DNA of 64,000 nt, taken from NCBI RefSeq assembly GCF_036321535.1, contig NC_087436.1, forward strand, positions 18,354,001-18,418,000. Reading direction: 5' to 3'. The translations under genes and the position numbers were made by a program. Positions 51,682 through 64,000 of the stretch are shown piece after piece (the stretch's first letter is position 1; every line of letters starts with the position of its first letter). Source of the stretch: Camelus dromedarius. Taxonomy: Eukaryota. Below the pieces are notes generated by a model, which had not been told where the DNA came from, made no database searches, and saw only the letters and a program-made list of their open reading frames with translations.

Positions 51682-52456
51682 GTCACCGTGCGTTAAATGG
51701 TGCAGCCAGGATTCGAACCATAGAGCCAGTATTCAGTCTAAACCATCACAATACACTTCATCTCATGGAACACAAACTCCACAGGCCACCACGACTGGGC
51801 CACAAGACCCTTTCCTTCCAATGCCCTTATAAAAATCCATGTAAATAATCAAAATGTCTTGCTTCTGTTGAAATGCTAGAGGTCAGGAACTTTCAGGAAA
51901 GGTTCTGTGGACAGCCTGGGGAAAGGAAAGTTTCCTCAGAAGACTGGCAGATAAGAGAGGGCTCCACTGGGGAACGCACAGCCAACAGGAAGCAGGACAC
52001 GGAGCAAACGTGGGAAAGCTGTTAGGAAACACCTGGGCAGGTGGCACGGTGAGGGCGGTGAGGTCCCCCTCTTGGTCTCATGCTTCCTTGAGGGCAAGGT
52101 CAACACAGACCAAGATTCCAGACAGCAGAGCCCACACAATCCAGGCCTCTCGGGGCCTCCTGACCCAAGTCTGGACCTCCTGAAAACCAGCCCCATTCAA
52201 AGAGGGAGGAAGTGTTGTGTAAAGAAATAAGACACGTGGTCACTGAAAGCAGGAGAAAGATATGTCAGTGCACACAGAACAGTTCTGAAGGCAAGCCTCC
52301 CTACCAAAATCCTAACCAATGGATTTTTACTATTTTCAAAGCAGTCTTCATTTAGCATTACCTGCTTTTATGATCAGAAAAAAATAAGCTAAAGCCAGAA
52401 CACAATCAAAGAATGGAGGCTAGCTGATCATGAGGATAGGCAGAGGTGTGAAACAG

Positions 52457-52595
52457 TGTGGCTATAATGGCTAATTTTGTGTCTGAACTTCACTGGGCCT
52501 CGGGACGCCTAAACATCTCGGTAAGTATGATTTCTAGGTATGGCTGTGAAGTGTTTCCAGAAGAGATGACATTTCAGTTGGTGTCACCCATCCAC
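52457..52595 (+). mobile_element. MLT2-like (ERVL) LTR 5' fragment
   Basis: atggctaattttgtgtctgaacttcactgggcc...gtgtttccagaagagat. Confidence 0.65.
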
Positions 52596-53649
52596 TAATA
52601 AACACACACACATTCAATCTCACTAGTTATGAATTCAAATTTTAAATAACAGCTTTCACACTTGATGGCCAATACTACTTTTAAGTAACAAAATTCCATC
52701 TTAACAAGTACAAGGATAAATGAGCCCTTTCATCTATTGGTAAGGAGAAGGAAATAAAGAACCTGCTCCCCCACCACTGTCACTCCTCCCTTCTACCCCC
52801 GCAAAAGAGGAGAAGGCAAAAAATCTGGCATAGCAAATTTACAAATTTCTTTCGGGTCAGTAAGAGAGAAAACATATGCGCAGTGTTTCCAGAGAAAATG
52901 CTCAGATTGCTAGTGTCGGTATTGTTAAGAGCAAAAGTCACAACTTCTGAACATTTGACACAGTTTACAAAAGTAAGGGTAGCTGTCCTTTGGAAGAGCC
53001 TTATCACAAAGCTCCTTGGCTCCAGGAGAGCACAGTGATTGGGAGGACGGGTTCTGGTATCAGACAGACTGGAGTTCACACACTAGTGTCATCTGTGACC
53101 AGTCAGGGGACCCTGGGCAACTGACAACCCTTCCAGGCTTCAGCTTCTTCACTGACAGCTTGGGATTACCAGTGGCTTTTCTATAACACAATGTAGCCAA
53201 GGAAAGTAGTGAATCAAAGATGACTAAATTATCCTGTCTGGGTGACAGAGAACAGTGGAACCATTGAGAAGAAAAAGGGAAGTTAAGGGAGGAAGAGTCC
53301 GTGTAAGGCGAGGAAACAAAGAGCTGCATTTCAGGTATTTCAGAAAGGAGCCAGGAACGCTACAGAAATTCTGAAAGCAGCCGCCAAGGTCACAGCCAGA
53401 GACTTTGTTAATTACCTGCAGAGACGTGATTCAAGGGAAATAAAGACTGATTTTCAGAAGGAAAAAGCCTAGGAAATCTAGAGCTGATCACAGGGAAGTA
53501 AACCACAAGGGAGACTCACAAATGGAGGCGGGGGAGACAGAAGACAAGACAGCAGCCAAAACGAGGTGACGAGAAGTGGGCAGAACCAGAGAGGACAAAA
53601 TTGAGAGTCCTGACAAGGGACAAATGTTTTATCAGGCTATCAGAGCTGA

Positions 53650-54230
53650 TTAATCATCCCGATTCCTGCCTCTCCCTTCACCCCTACAGCCACTCCACCT
53701 CCAAAACATGCCGCGGATCTGCACTTCTCTGTCTCCGCCGGCAACACACTAAGGCTGCCACCACCTCCTGGGTGGTCACCCTGCCTCCACTCAAGCCCCT
53801 TCAGCCCCACGTCCATGCAGCAGCAAACACTGACTCAAATATAAACTCGATCCCCTTACTCCTCAGCTGAAATCATTCAACGACATGAGGTCGTACTTAG
53901 GATAAAAGCCTGATTCCTCACCAAAGGTCTAAAGGACCCTGCCGGACCTGCTCTCTGCTTACTTCTCCAGCCTCCATCACCCCTATGTTCTCCTAAATCC
54001 AGTATCCTCAGACTCCCTTCTGCTCCTGGAAAACAGACGCCCAAGTTCTTTCCCTCCTGGAGGTTCTTCGTAGCTGCCCAGCCTTCTGCCTGGAATGTTC
54101 TTCTCCCACCTCCTCCAAAACCCAAGTACAACCTGCATTAGGAACCCCCAGCACCCCTCCAAGCTCTGGTGGGCTCCCCGCTGACTGCTGCAATAACTGG
54201 GGCTCCACTCGGACCAGACTATGTGTTGCA
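53650..54230 (+). mobile_element. Degenerate L2 fragment
   Basis: Pyrimidine-rich L2 motifs, e.g. ttaggataaaagcctgattcctcacc and ccttctgcctggaatgttcttctccc. Confidence 0.6.
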
Positions 54231-54311
54231 CACACAGGAGACGCACGGAGCTGCGGTATATGCAATCCACAGTTCCTGACTTCAACTGATTTTCATTCCA
54301 AATCAGTTTTT

Positions 54312-54452
54312 CTTTAATTTTTTTGTTGTTGTGGTTTTGGGGCGGGGGTAATTAGGTTTATTTATTTATTTGAATGGAGGTACTGGAAATTGAACCCAGG
54401 ACCTTGTGCATGGTAAGCATGCACTCTATCACTGAGCTATACCCTCCCCTCC
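54312..54452 (-). mobile_element. vic-1-like SINE, long form
   Basis: TSD tccaaatcagttttt at 54297-54311 and 54453-54467. Confidence 0.9.
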
Positions 54453-56674
54453 TCCAAATCAGTTTTTAACTGAAAGGCCCCCCTAAGATGTATACGAAAT
54501 TGTCTATGTATTGATTGAAGATCCACACGCCCTGAAAGCATGTTTTCCAGTTCATTCTTTAATTTCTGTTACTCTAAATTTAATGACATTAAATCGATCC
54601 CCCCTCCCCTCAACCAAAACTATACACACACACAAGCAAAGGAAGGCTATGGACCCTCAAGAACTTTTTTTGATTCATTAATAACTCCCAGGCTCCAGTT
54701 CAAAGGACAGTTAGCAAGAAATCAGCTAATATCTTACATTTACCAGTCTGTGTCCCAGAAAGTCAATTTATCACAAGGACAGTTAGCATAGAAGGAAAGA
54801 AAAGGCTGAATCAGAGATGTAAGGCTTCCAAAAGGAAATATTGGATTTCATTCCTCCACAAATTGACAAAGCAAAGACGTAATATAAATAGAAGCCTTAT
54901 GAATGTAAGCACCTACAAACCCAAGGATCAGATCTGTAAGTTACAAACTTGACTGACAGATATCTCCGTATCAAGCCTGAAATATATCTCCACACTCCAC
55001 CATGACTTCTTATTCCTGGATATAGGTAATGAGTAAGTGAGAGTTCCTCATTCCATTTGCTCAATTTTTTTCAAAACTGATTTTTTTGGTACTTTCTAAT
55101 TTGTAATTTTTATTTCCTTGATTACAAGTATTTCTATAATATAAGTTGCCATTAATGTACTGCCTTTGTCTTCTACTCTACCAAGTTTGAGATATAATAA
55201 TTTTGTTTTAAATATTTTCCATTTTACTTTTGTGGCTTCCTTTTTGGAGTGTGATTTTGAATTCTGCCTATTTTTAGGCAGTCAAATTTTTTCCATTCAT
55301 TTGAAGAAGTTTGTTCTGACATTTGCATGCTGAAAAAGCACCCACCCTTTCATATTCCTGAACATTTGAGAAGAAAATTAAACTGAATTATTTCCAATTG
55401 TCCTAAATTTTATTTAAAAAAAAAAAAACTTAATCCTGGCATCCCTGTGTTATTCTGTCTTTTTGTCTCTCTTCTTGTGCCACATTTTAAACCGCAGTCT
55501 CATGTCACACTTTTTATTACCTAATACAGCCAATCACCCTAAATATTTTTCTTTTTCAGAACTTTACCATTTTATATTCTTCCTAACAACAATAAGCATC
55601 TACTATTATGCTGGGTATTTTATATAAAAATGACTACTAATCTTTAGAATCATTCTACAAGGAAAACATTATTGTCTCCATTTTATAGAGGAACGGGTAA
55701 GGAATACATAGAGGATGTCACACAGTAAAACCAGAATTAAACCCAGGTCTGATTTCCAACTCATGACCTTTTCACCCCAAACTCTGGCAGAGCTACTTGT
55801 TCCCATGCTAAATGGTGCTGGGGCTACTAAGTTTATCTGACATATCAGTGCAGCTTCCCCTCACCTGGTTTCAAATCTGCAAGCAGCTTGGACACCAGAC
55901 AGCCACTCTACTAAGAACTGGATGGCAAAGGAAGTTTTGTGATACTTGCAGACAGTGCTATTCACAGCGCCAGCCCCTGAACTGTCTGCCAAGGCCCCTG
56001 AGAGACAAGGAGTCCAGGCAGAATGTGAATTAACTGAGTCACTGAGCACGCAGTTCAGTTTGGCTGACATTTTTTCACAGCTGGTCTTCCTCGATGAAGA
56101 AAGTCAATTCCAAATCTCATCAGAGCCCATGGGCTGCAGACTGGCCTGGGTCTACAGGCCCCACTGAGCAGCAAGGACCGAGCGCAGTGTCGTTCAGAGT
56201 GCCACCTGTGACTTCATGGGAATAAAATCAGTACATTGAAGCATAACAGCATTTTTTAAAAGAAGAGAAGAGAAAGAAAACAGAGGCCTCTCACATAGGG
56301 AGTTGAAGATGGGTGGGAAATTGCTATCACCTGGTACAGAAACACTTCTGGACAAACTTGGTAGTTCTGAGGAGAATAAATACAAATAAAGGGCTCATTG
56401 GGTGGAGTTATAAATTTTATAAGTGAATATACATCTTCTTATAATAAAGGGCTCACTGAGTGGGAAGTATTCTATGTATACAAAACTTATGAGCTTCTTT
56501 TAAGTGTACCAAGGGAAACTGAGATGCCTCTTGGATTAGCACACGGCATTAGCATCAAGTTTACCAGGCTTGTTAGCTACTCTATCAGTAATACTGTATG
56601 AGTAAGATCACTAACTCTAACTTCTCGATTATTCCTTTGCTTTGGTTTTCTAAGACCCAGGCTTTTAAAAAATT

Positions 56675-56945
56675 GTTTTCTTTTTCATGAAGTGTAGTTG
56701 ATTTACAATGTTAGTTTCAGGTGCACAGCAAAGAGATTCAGTTATTGTGTGTGTGTGTGTGTGTGTGTGTATGCAGATAGATTTATTTTCAGATTCTTTT
56801 CTGTTTTAGCTAATTATAACAAATTGATTGTAGTTCCCTGTGCTATACAGTAGGTCCTTGTTGTTTAGCTATTTTATAGATAGCCATGTGTATCTGTTAA
56901 TCCCAAACTCCTAAGTTACCCCTCCCTTCCTACTTTGGTAACCAT
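56675..56945 (-). mobile_element. L1 3' end with an internal (TG)n microsatellite
   Basis: gaagtgtagttgatttacaatg...atcccaaactcct...ttggtaaccat, with imperfect flanking duplication ctaaga(c/a)ccag...ttttaaaaa. Confidence 0.88.
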
Positions 56946-57399
56946 ATCTAAGAACCAGCTTTTTAAAAAATGAAGAGAAGCTGATGAATGAAGTTTACCA
57001 TCCAATACATACCCCCAGACAGCCAAGGAGAGGCCCCAAGCCACAGAAACCAGGCACCTGGAGACTTCTATGAAAAGGAGAAACAAGTTCCCAGAGGTAA
57101 CACAGGAAAGGCCACACAGTACCAGGACTGAAAGGCTCCCACTCCTAACCAGCTGGCTGAAGATCCACTTCCTAGGCACCCGAATTTGTATCCCTGACAT
57201 ACATGGTCTCTAACCCAGGTAACGGCTCTGCAAGACAGATGGCGCAGGTACTGCCCTACCAATGAGGGAACAGACACAGAAAAGGAAGGGCGAGATTCAA
57301 TGCCCCTTTCTATACCGAGCACTCAGAATGGGCATTTCTTTACAGGCTTGCTTTTATGCGTTGTTTTTTTTTAAGAAATAATATTTCATGCATGAGTAA

Positions 57400-57808
57400 G
57401 AAGACTTTGGGACACTGAGTTTTGTTTGGACCACATTTTAAAGGGACACTGGCAAAACTGAACATCCAAGAAAAATATCAGGATGATGAGTCCAAAACCA
57501 CCATCAATCAGGACAAAATATTGGGAGAGTAGAATCATAACTCCTATTTTGATCTGTGAGGAACATTAATTGAGCAATTCTTAGACTCACCCTCCAGGAT
57601 CTAAAAAGCCAATATGAGAGGAAACTAAAGTGAGCAACTTTGGGTTGGGTAAAGCAGAACTTGCCAACTGTATTACCATGGCCTGCCTCATTGCAGGCAT
57701 TTGCGAGACATCGTTGCTACTTGTATTGCAGAGACATTGCTAGGGGTGGGAGGTCAGAACAGTGGTCCAAAAAGGTACTATCCAATGCTAAGATCCTTTG
57801 ATTCTAAG
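57400..57808 (+). mobile_element. L3/CR1 fragment
   Basis: ggaccacattttaaagggacactggcaaaactgaac...gatcctttgattct. Confidence 0.55.
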
Positions 57809-59227
57809 CCAGTCAACAGCTGGTGAATTATTAGCACAAATACTACTATCTCACCTTTAGCATCACAGCTCAACTACATGCATCATGGATTAGAGAAGAC
57901 GGATTTGAAATTTTAACCATTATACTGTATGGGATTTTTTTATTGTTATACTGTATGGGATTTTTTAATGAAAATTTACTCCAAATTCCAAACAACTGAT
58001 TTTAGCATATGGATTGCCTATGTGAGTGTCTGATCACAAGTGATAGGAAAAATTCTCCAAAGCCCAGTATATTTAAGTCCCTTCTTCAGTAGATATCAGA
58101 GATTTTAACTTTGTAGCAAGACCACATATGGAGGGAAAAGGAAGGGAAAAAAAGCAAAAAAAAAAAAAAAAAAAAGCAGGAAGGGAAGAACAAGTGAACG
58201 AGGTGACGAGAGGCAATGCCACCCCATCCACAGGTCCCTATGGTCACTATTATTCAAATGACACTGAACAGAGCCAGTGCTGAATCCTATTTGTTGTGCC
58301 TCGTTCTTGCTGTGTCTCAGAAAATGTCTTAGGGGAAGAAGTAAACACACTTCCGCTCTTGGATTTCCTAAGGGTTTTGGCATCAGTTCAGCTTTGACCC
58401 TATTTCCTGTAAAATCTTGAAACTTAAAAAAAAAAATTACAACCAACCAAAGAGGTAACATCTGGGTTTCTCCATTCCTCCAACTTTGCCATACAGGAAA
58501 CCTCTTCCTAGGGAAATACTATGAGAAGCATCTAAAGTCTGTAGAAGGCACAGATTACCTATTAAAAAGCCCCATCAAATGCTAAGTTATGATATTAATT
58601 TGTTTGGACAAGGTCATATTCATATTCTTTACTCTCTTTGCAGTAGAATATGAATGGTGTGATAACCAGCAATAGACAGAAAATTTATTTTGCAAGAAGG
58701 AACATTTTATTAGGTTATTCCAATGTTTTATAGTAAAAACAGAAGGTATGTTACTTTAGATTTTATCAAAAATGATAAAATTCGTATTAAAATGGGGACA
58801 AATAGACAGCATGTCATTCAACCTCACTCAATATGATATTAAGACTAGATTCTTTTCTTCTTGTATTCTGATAGGTTTCTCATTGAGGGTATAAATTCTT
58901 AGGTGTGTTAATGTCATAAAGCCCAGAACACTACAGCACTGCAAGGTTCTATTCTCCTCTAGATAACTCTGACTTTATTTGCTACAGTGAAACACATACT
59001 GGATTCCTCACCAAGAGCCTTGATTTTGTCTGGACTCTGCAATTAACTAGCAATGGGATCTGGCAACTGGTCACCTAATCTGACTGGGTCTCAAGTTTCC
59101 TAACCTGTAAAGTAAGACAGCTCAATGATATGATTTGGCCGACACTGGAAAATCAATGCTAAACTTTACTGATATTTTTAAACTGCTTTTAAGAACCCAA
59201 CATTTAAAAATGAATGATTAAGGACAA

Positions 59228-60260
59228 AAACAGCTTAGACCTATTTCCCCTACTCCTTCCTGCTAAGTGCTAGAAACCTTGGCAATAATAAAAGAGACCA
59301 AAGGAGAACTCTGAAAGGTGGTAAGAAGGAAGTAAACTGGTCTGTGACTCCAGAGCTCAAGGAACAGCACAGCAAAGGGTATCCTGCATTCACAACTTGA
59401 ATGAGAAACACCAGTCAACTGATGACCACTCCAAGACAAAAGAAAAGCTGAAATTACCTGGTAAGGACTCTAAAGCATAAAAGTCATAAAAGTGCTGCAA
59501 CAATCCACTACCAGTTCTGCTGAAACAGATGAAAAAATAGAAGTTCTCAGGAAATAAACAGAAGATACCAAAAAAGAACCAGATAGAAATTATACAACTG
59601 GGAAATACCACAGGAAAAGTAAAACCTCATCTGATGGACTCAGTAGTAGAGCTGAGATGGAAGAGAACAGAATCAGTGAACTTGAGGAAAAAACAAACAG
59701 AATTCACTCAACTGGAAGAACAGAGGGGAAACAGGCTGAAAAAGTGAACAGACCCTTGGGGACCCAGAAAACAACAAAAGATCTAACGTCTGTATAATCA
59801 GAGTCACTGCAGGACAGGAGACATAGAGTAAGGCTACCAGAGTATTCAAAGAAATGACCGAAAACTTCCCAAATTTAGTAAAAGCCACAAAGATTTAAGA
59901 AGCTGAGCAAATTCCTGAATCAAGATAAACCCAAAGAAATCCATGCCAAGCGTGGGGTCAATGGTAAAGTATCATAATCATAACTAAACTTCTGAAAACT
60001 AAAGACAAAAAGTCTTGAAAGCAGCCAGGGGGAAGACACACTTTGCAGGGGAACATCAGTTTAAATGACAGTGAACTTCTCATCTAAACCATGAAGACTA
60101 AAGGAAGTAGCATAACATCTTTTAAAGTGCTGGGGGAAGAAAACTGTCAACTGCAAATTTTATATCCAGCAAAAGTATCCTTCAGGGATGAATGGCAAAT
60201 AGACATTCTTAGACAAAGGGAGCTAAAAGAATGTGTCACTAACAGATTTGCCTTTAATCA
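59228..60260 (+). mobile_element. Old L1 5' UTR and ORF1 remnant
   Basis: ORF 60091-60357 encodes FKVLGEENCQLQILYPAKVSF, the ORF1p C-terminal domain motif. aaaacttcccaaattt is also present, and frameshifts and stops disrupt the ORF. Confidence 0.85.
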
Positions 60261-62749
60261 ACAAATGAATACTAAACAAGGAATTCTAATTTTCAGCAGA
60301 GAACATTCAAAATTTACCTCCAATTTCAGAGTTTATAATGTAACTTGGGAGAAATGACACATACAGAACAAAAATACAAATAATAATAGCAGATATTGTG
60401 TAAGGGCCACAGCCAAGGGTTAACAAACAGATGGTTCTGAGCTAGCTGCCAATATTTGGAGGTTGCCATCATCACAGAAAATTTCAGACAAGGATGAGAA
60501 ATTGGCCCTTGAATAATGCACTACATTGAAATAGAGCTGGTGAAAGGGTGTGTCCATAATAAAAAACCAGGCAAGCAAAACTGGAGAGATGTGAAGGCAG
60601 AGAGTGTGTTTATAGGGAGGTCCTATTTATCTAACACATAACAAAGGCCTGACCAGGAAACAAAGGTGCAGTTCCTGGCCCTCGGCATCATGAGAGAAAT
60701 GCAGAGGAAAACATGCAGTGAAATGTAGAAATACAAGAGAACTGACTGGACAGACTTCAGGGAACTCAGCAGAGAATATGACTAACTCTTTCTGGGCAAA
60801 CTAAGGAAGGTTTCGTAGAGGTGGTCACAGCTGAGCTAGATCTTAATACACGACAGAGAAGTGGCATCAGAAAAGGAGAGGGTACATGGGGCCACAAGAT
60901 GACAAAGATCTCGAGGCAGCTCTCATATGCGGTATGATGGGGCAGTGGGAAGATGAGGCATCCTTCATGCAGGCTGGGGTTGATGGCAGGGACCTGGGCG
61001 AAGAAGCCGGATTTTCATCTTGAGGGTAATAAGGAGTCACTGAAGAATTTTAAGCAGAGGAATGATACCAAAAAAAGAAGAAGAAGTTGACTAACTTTAA
61101 GGACCCTGCATAGTATCAAAGAAAAGGAAAAGATAAAGGAAGACCACTTAGAGGTCACGTGGTTCATTCTGGTTCAACAAAAGTTTGAACCCACATGTAC
61201 CAGGCTCCAGGTCTGGTGCTTAAAACACAACAGTGACTGATTCCCATCCCTGTTCTTCCAAACCAAGGAGGTATCAATGAGAGGACAGAAAGGCAGAGAA
61301 AGTAGAAACCACATTCTAAAGTCATTTCAGAGCTAGAATCAAGACCCTGTGAGACAAGAGCCACGTGAAGTGAGGGAAAGACAAGAATGTATATCAGAAA
61401 TTCTACGGAGAATGTTGTAACTATACTCAGTACTCCCACTAGAAATAAGGGGAAAAGGAGAGCAAGTAGCATTTGGTGGAAGGTTGAATAGGAATTTATG
61501 CACTTTCCCTAAGATTCTGTTCTGGTGTCATCTCTTCCAGGAGGACCCTCAAGACAGCCTCTCCACCCCCTAGGCTGAGGTCCCCTCTTCCACCATGTTC
61601 AAAAAACAAAAACCTGCTCACAGTTATATAGATCTGTTTTACCACAAGGTATTATATGTATGGGTCTGTCTCTCCCACCAGATCCCTTGAGGGCAGGGTT
61701 TATTACCTGCATCTCTGTATGCCTATTGCACGGCACTCAGGAAGTACAGCTTCAGTAAATGTTCAGAGGATGGAGAAAATATAAGAAACTTCATATTGCA
61801 ACAGAATCATTATAAACTTATTTTCTAGTGCATTACTAAATCACTCCTCTATCAGGATAGAAAAGTTTAAATAAACAGCTCCAGTTATATATTCTATTTG
61901 TTTGAAGAGTCTGAAAAAAATTAATCATGTTTAATTAACTTCTTAGCATCAATCATGACATTATAAAGGTCAATCAGAAGAATACAAACCCAAGGCTCTA
62001 GCAGTCCTCAAATGGGCCACCACACATTTACTGAGCACCAACTACATACATGGCTCCCACCTGTCAAGAGTTCACACTTCAGAAGCCCCCTTCGTGAAGC
62101 ACAACACAAAAGTCTATGTCCTCTGAAGACTCTTGACCCTTGGATACCTCCCTGAAGGACCCATCACCGGGCAAAAGGGAGAGCCAGCCCTCAGGCAAAG
62201 GAATGTAATTTGGGGCTACAGCAGAACTGAGATGATCCAATAAGTTTTCAAGGAAAAAAAGGAGAGTAGGAAGACACAAATTGGGTAAAAGTGAAAAAAG
62301 GCACTGCACACTCTTCCAAGGCACTTTCAAAAGGCGAGTAGACCTACACAAAAACTACCAGAGCCACCCTGGACTAGCAGCTGCTACCTCCCAAAGAAAG
62401 CCATGGGGGAAATCAATCCTTTGTTAGAAGATCTGATTATTGTCGATGGCAAAGTGGCTGGAAACTTAAAAACATACTTTGAAGACTGAAATGGATTTTC
62501 TCTGTCATGGCAAAGTATCAATGATGACATGTTTGAAACAACCCAGGTAGACGTCAGAAGGATAAATTAATCAGGGTTAAATTAATCATGCTATTTACAT
62601 GACAGAACACTGTAAGAACATTAATGATCATGTTTTGACAAAACACTTAGTGGCACTGTAATACGCTCGTTACTAATGGCATGATCTTGCGCTACTCTGA
62701 CCTCTCAACCTCAGTTTCCTCGTCTGTAAAGTGGGGCTAAGGAACTATG

Positions 62750-63030
62750 AGGTGACAATGGGAAGGAACAGTCCACAACTACATGTAAGAGCAACACAAC
62801 AGAAGAACACATTCTGTATGATTCCATTTCCAGAAAATACAGAAACGGGGGGAAACATTTGTTGCTGGAAGTCCAGGGGGCATGCGGAGACTTCTGGACT
62901 GTCTGTAACATTTGGTATGTTCTTTCTCTCGGTGCTGGTCACAATGGTGTATACAATTCATGGAAGTCCAACCAGTTGTACACGTATGAAAGTGTACTCT
63001 CTCTATATGCTCAATTTCAATAAAAAAGGA
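62750..63030 (+). mobile_element. L1ME-like 3' end inserted into a MIR
   Basis: ctgtatgattccattt...tttcaataaaaaa lies between the MIR halves ctcagtttcctcgtctgtaaagtgggg and gtggtgagaattaaa. Confidence 0.65.
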
Positions 63031-64000
63031 TTTCAACTGAGGATAATTATAGGATCCTCTTCATGAGGATGTGGTGAGAATTAAATTATGTTGTGGAGAT
63101 TAACCACATATAAAATGTTTGCGTACAATGACTATCAGGTCCTCTTGTAATCCTCCCAGCGCTGACCACATGAGAAGCGCTGTGAAATGTTCACTGAATG
63201 AACAAATCCCTGAGGTGAAATGAATCACTGCCAACCTCTGCAATCCCAACTGAGGTAAAAAATTTATGACAGCACTTATTTTGCACTTTGCACAGAACAA
63301 TTTATGTTGAAGCTCGCCACTCCCTACACCTGTATCTCCCTAAAGGCAGAGCACACGTATTCTTGTAAGCTTCACATCACAGAGAACAGCAAAGACGCTC
63401 AATAAATGTCTGCCCATTCTGGGATCTGAAGACGATTCTAAGAGTGTGAGAATGATCTGAAAACTGCAGAAGATGTTAACTGCAGAATAGTATCCCTTCT
63501 AGGCTTTATTTTTCAGTATGTTGAAAACCTACCACCTTGGAGGTGAAGGTTATGTTAAAAATGCCCATGTATTTCCGCGTGTTCACTCATTCACTCATTC
63601 CACAAACACACTGATGTACAAAGGTACACAGGATGCAGTTCCCACATTCCAAGGAGCTTACTGCTAAGGGAGAAGATATGTCAACAGCCACGGATTTGTT
63701 TCTGGGAGGGAGGCATCACTGACTCAGCATTGGATTTTATGCCAATTCCATGACTTGGTGATTCCTGGAAAACTTGGGAGGTATAAACATGCGAACTCTA
63801 AGAAGTAAGGGACCGCCTGTGCTTTCTAACTTTAGGAAGAGACCAGAACACTTATATCACCTACTCAGAGCCCAGGCTGGGATGGACCAACTTCTTTGGA
63901 TTTCTGTGCTGCTGGGCAGGCCTTTTCTGATCCATTCCTTCACTGAAATCCGGCCGTTGGAGGGGCCTGGCTAACTAGATATGGAACAAGATCCCAGCTC

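Larger units (their letters stand above)
36728..64000 (-). other. ARHGAP10: Part of ARHGAP10 intron 1 (exon 1 outside the window)
   Basis: I found no sequence encoding the expected N-terminus (MGLQPLEFSDCY..., from recall) and no large CpG island. The region is dominated by repeats. Confidence 0.85.

Noticed and set aside
36728..64000. Search for ARHGAP10 exon 1, a nested gene, a processed pseudogene, snoRNA/miRNA or a non-retroviral viral insert
   Set aside because: I recognised nothing by eye. Small ncRNAs or highly diverged inserts cannot be excluded without Rfam or BLAST searches.

Overview
This is mammalian genomic DNA, not prokaryotic. It is very probably camelid, judging by eight copies of a tRNA-Ala(AGC)-derived SINE resembling vic-1 and by lineage-type L1 3' ends. 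The window is the interior of the minus-strand gene ARHGAP10 (GRAF2/PSGAP, a BAR-PH-RhoGAP-SH3 protein). Five coding exons (exons 2-6, encoding most of the BAR domain) splice in frame at GT-AG sites: 36632-36727, 36495-36556, 16463-16534, 7157-7258 and 942-1052. Exon 1 lies beyond the right edge and exon 7 onward beyond the left edge; exon numbering follows my recall of the human gene. The rest is intronic and rich in transposable elements: L1, L2, L3/CR1, MIR, MaLR and ERV solo LTRs, and hAT and Tigger DNA transposons, several nested and many with readable target-site duplications (TSDs). None of the supplied ORFs is a real host gene; two are L1 ORF1/ORF2 remnants. I see no convincing novel biological system. 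The best second-look items are a young solo ERV LTR with a phased CCAAT array plus an octamer, a tiny polyadenylated LTR-like retrocopy inside MER5A, a SINE/tRNA 5' half ending exactly at the anticodon, and inverted repeat pairs that could drive RNA editing or back-splicing. Repeat family names come from recalled consensus similarity, not from a database search.
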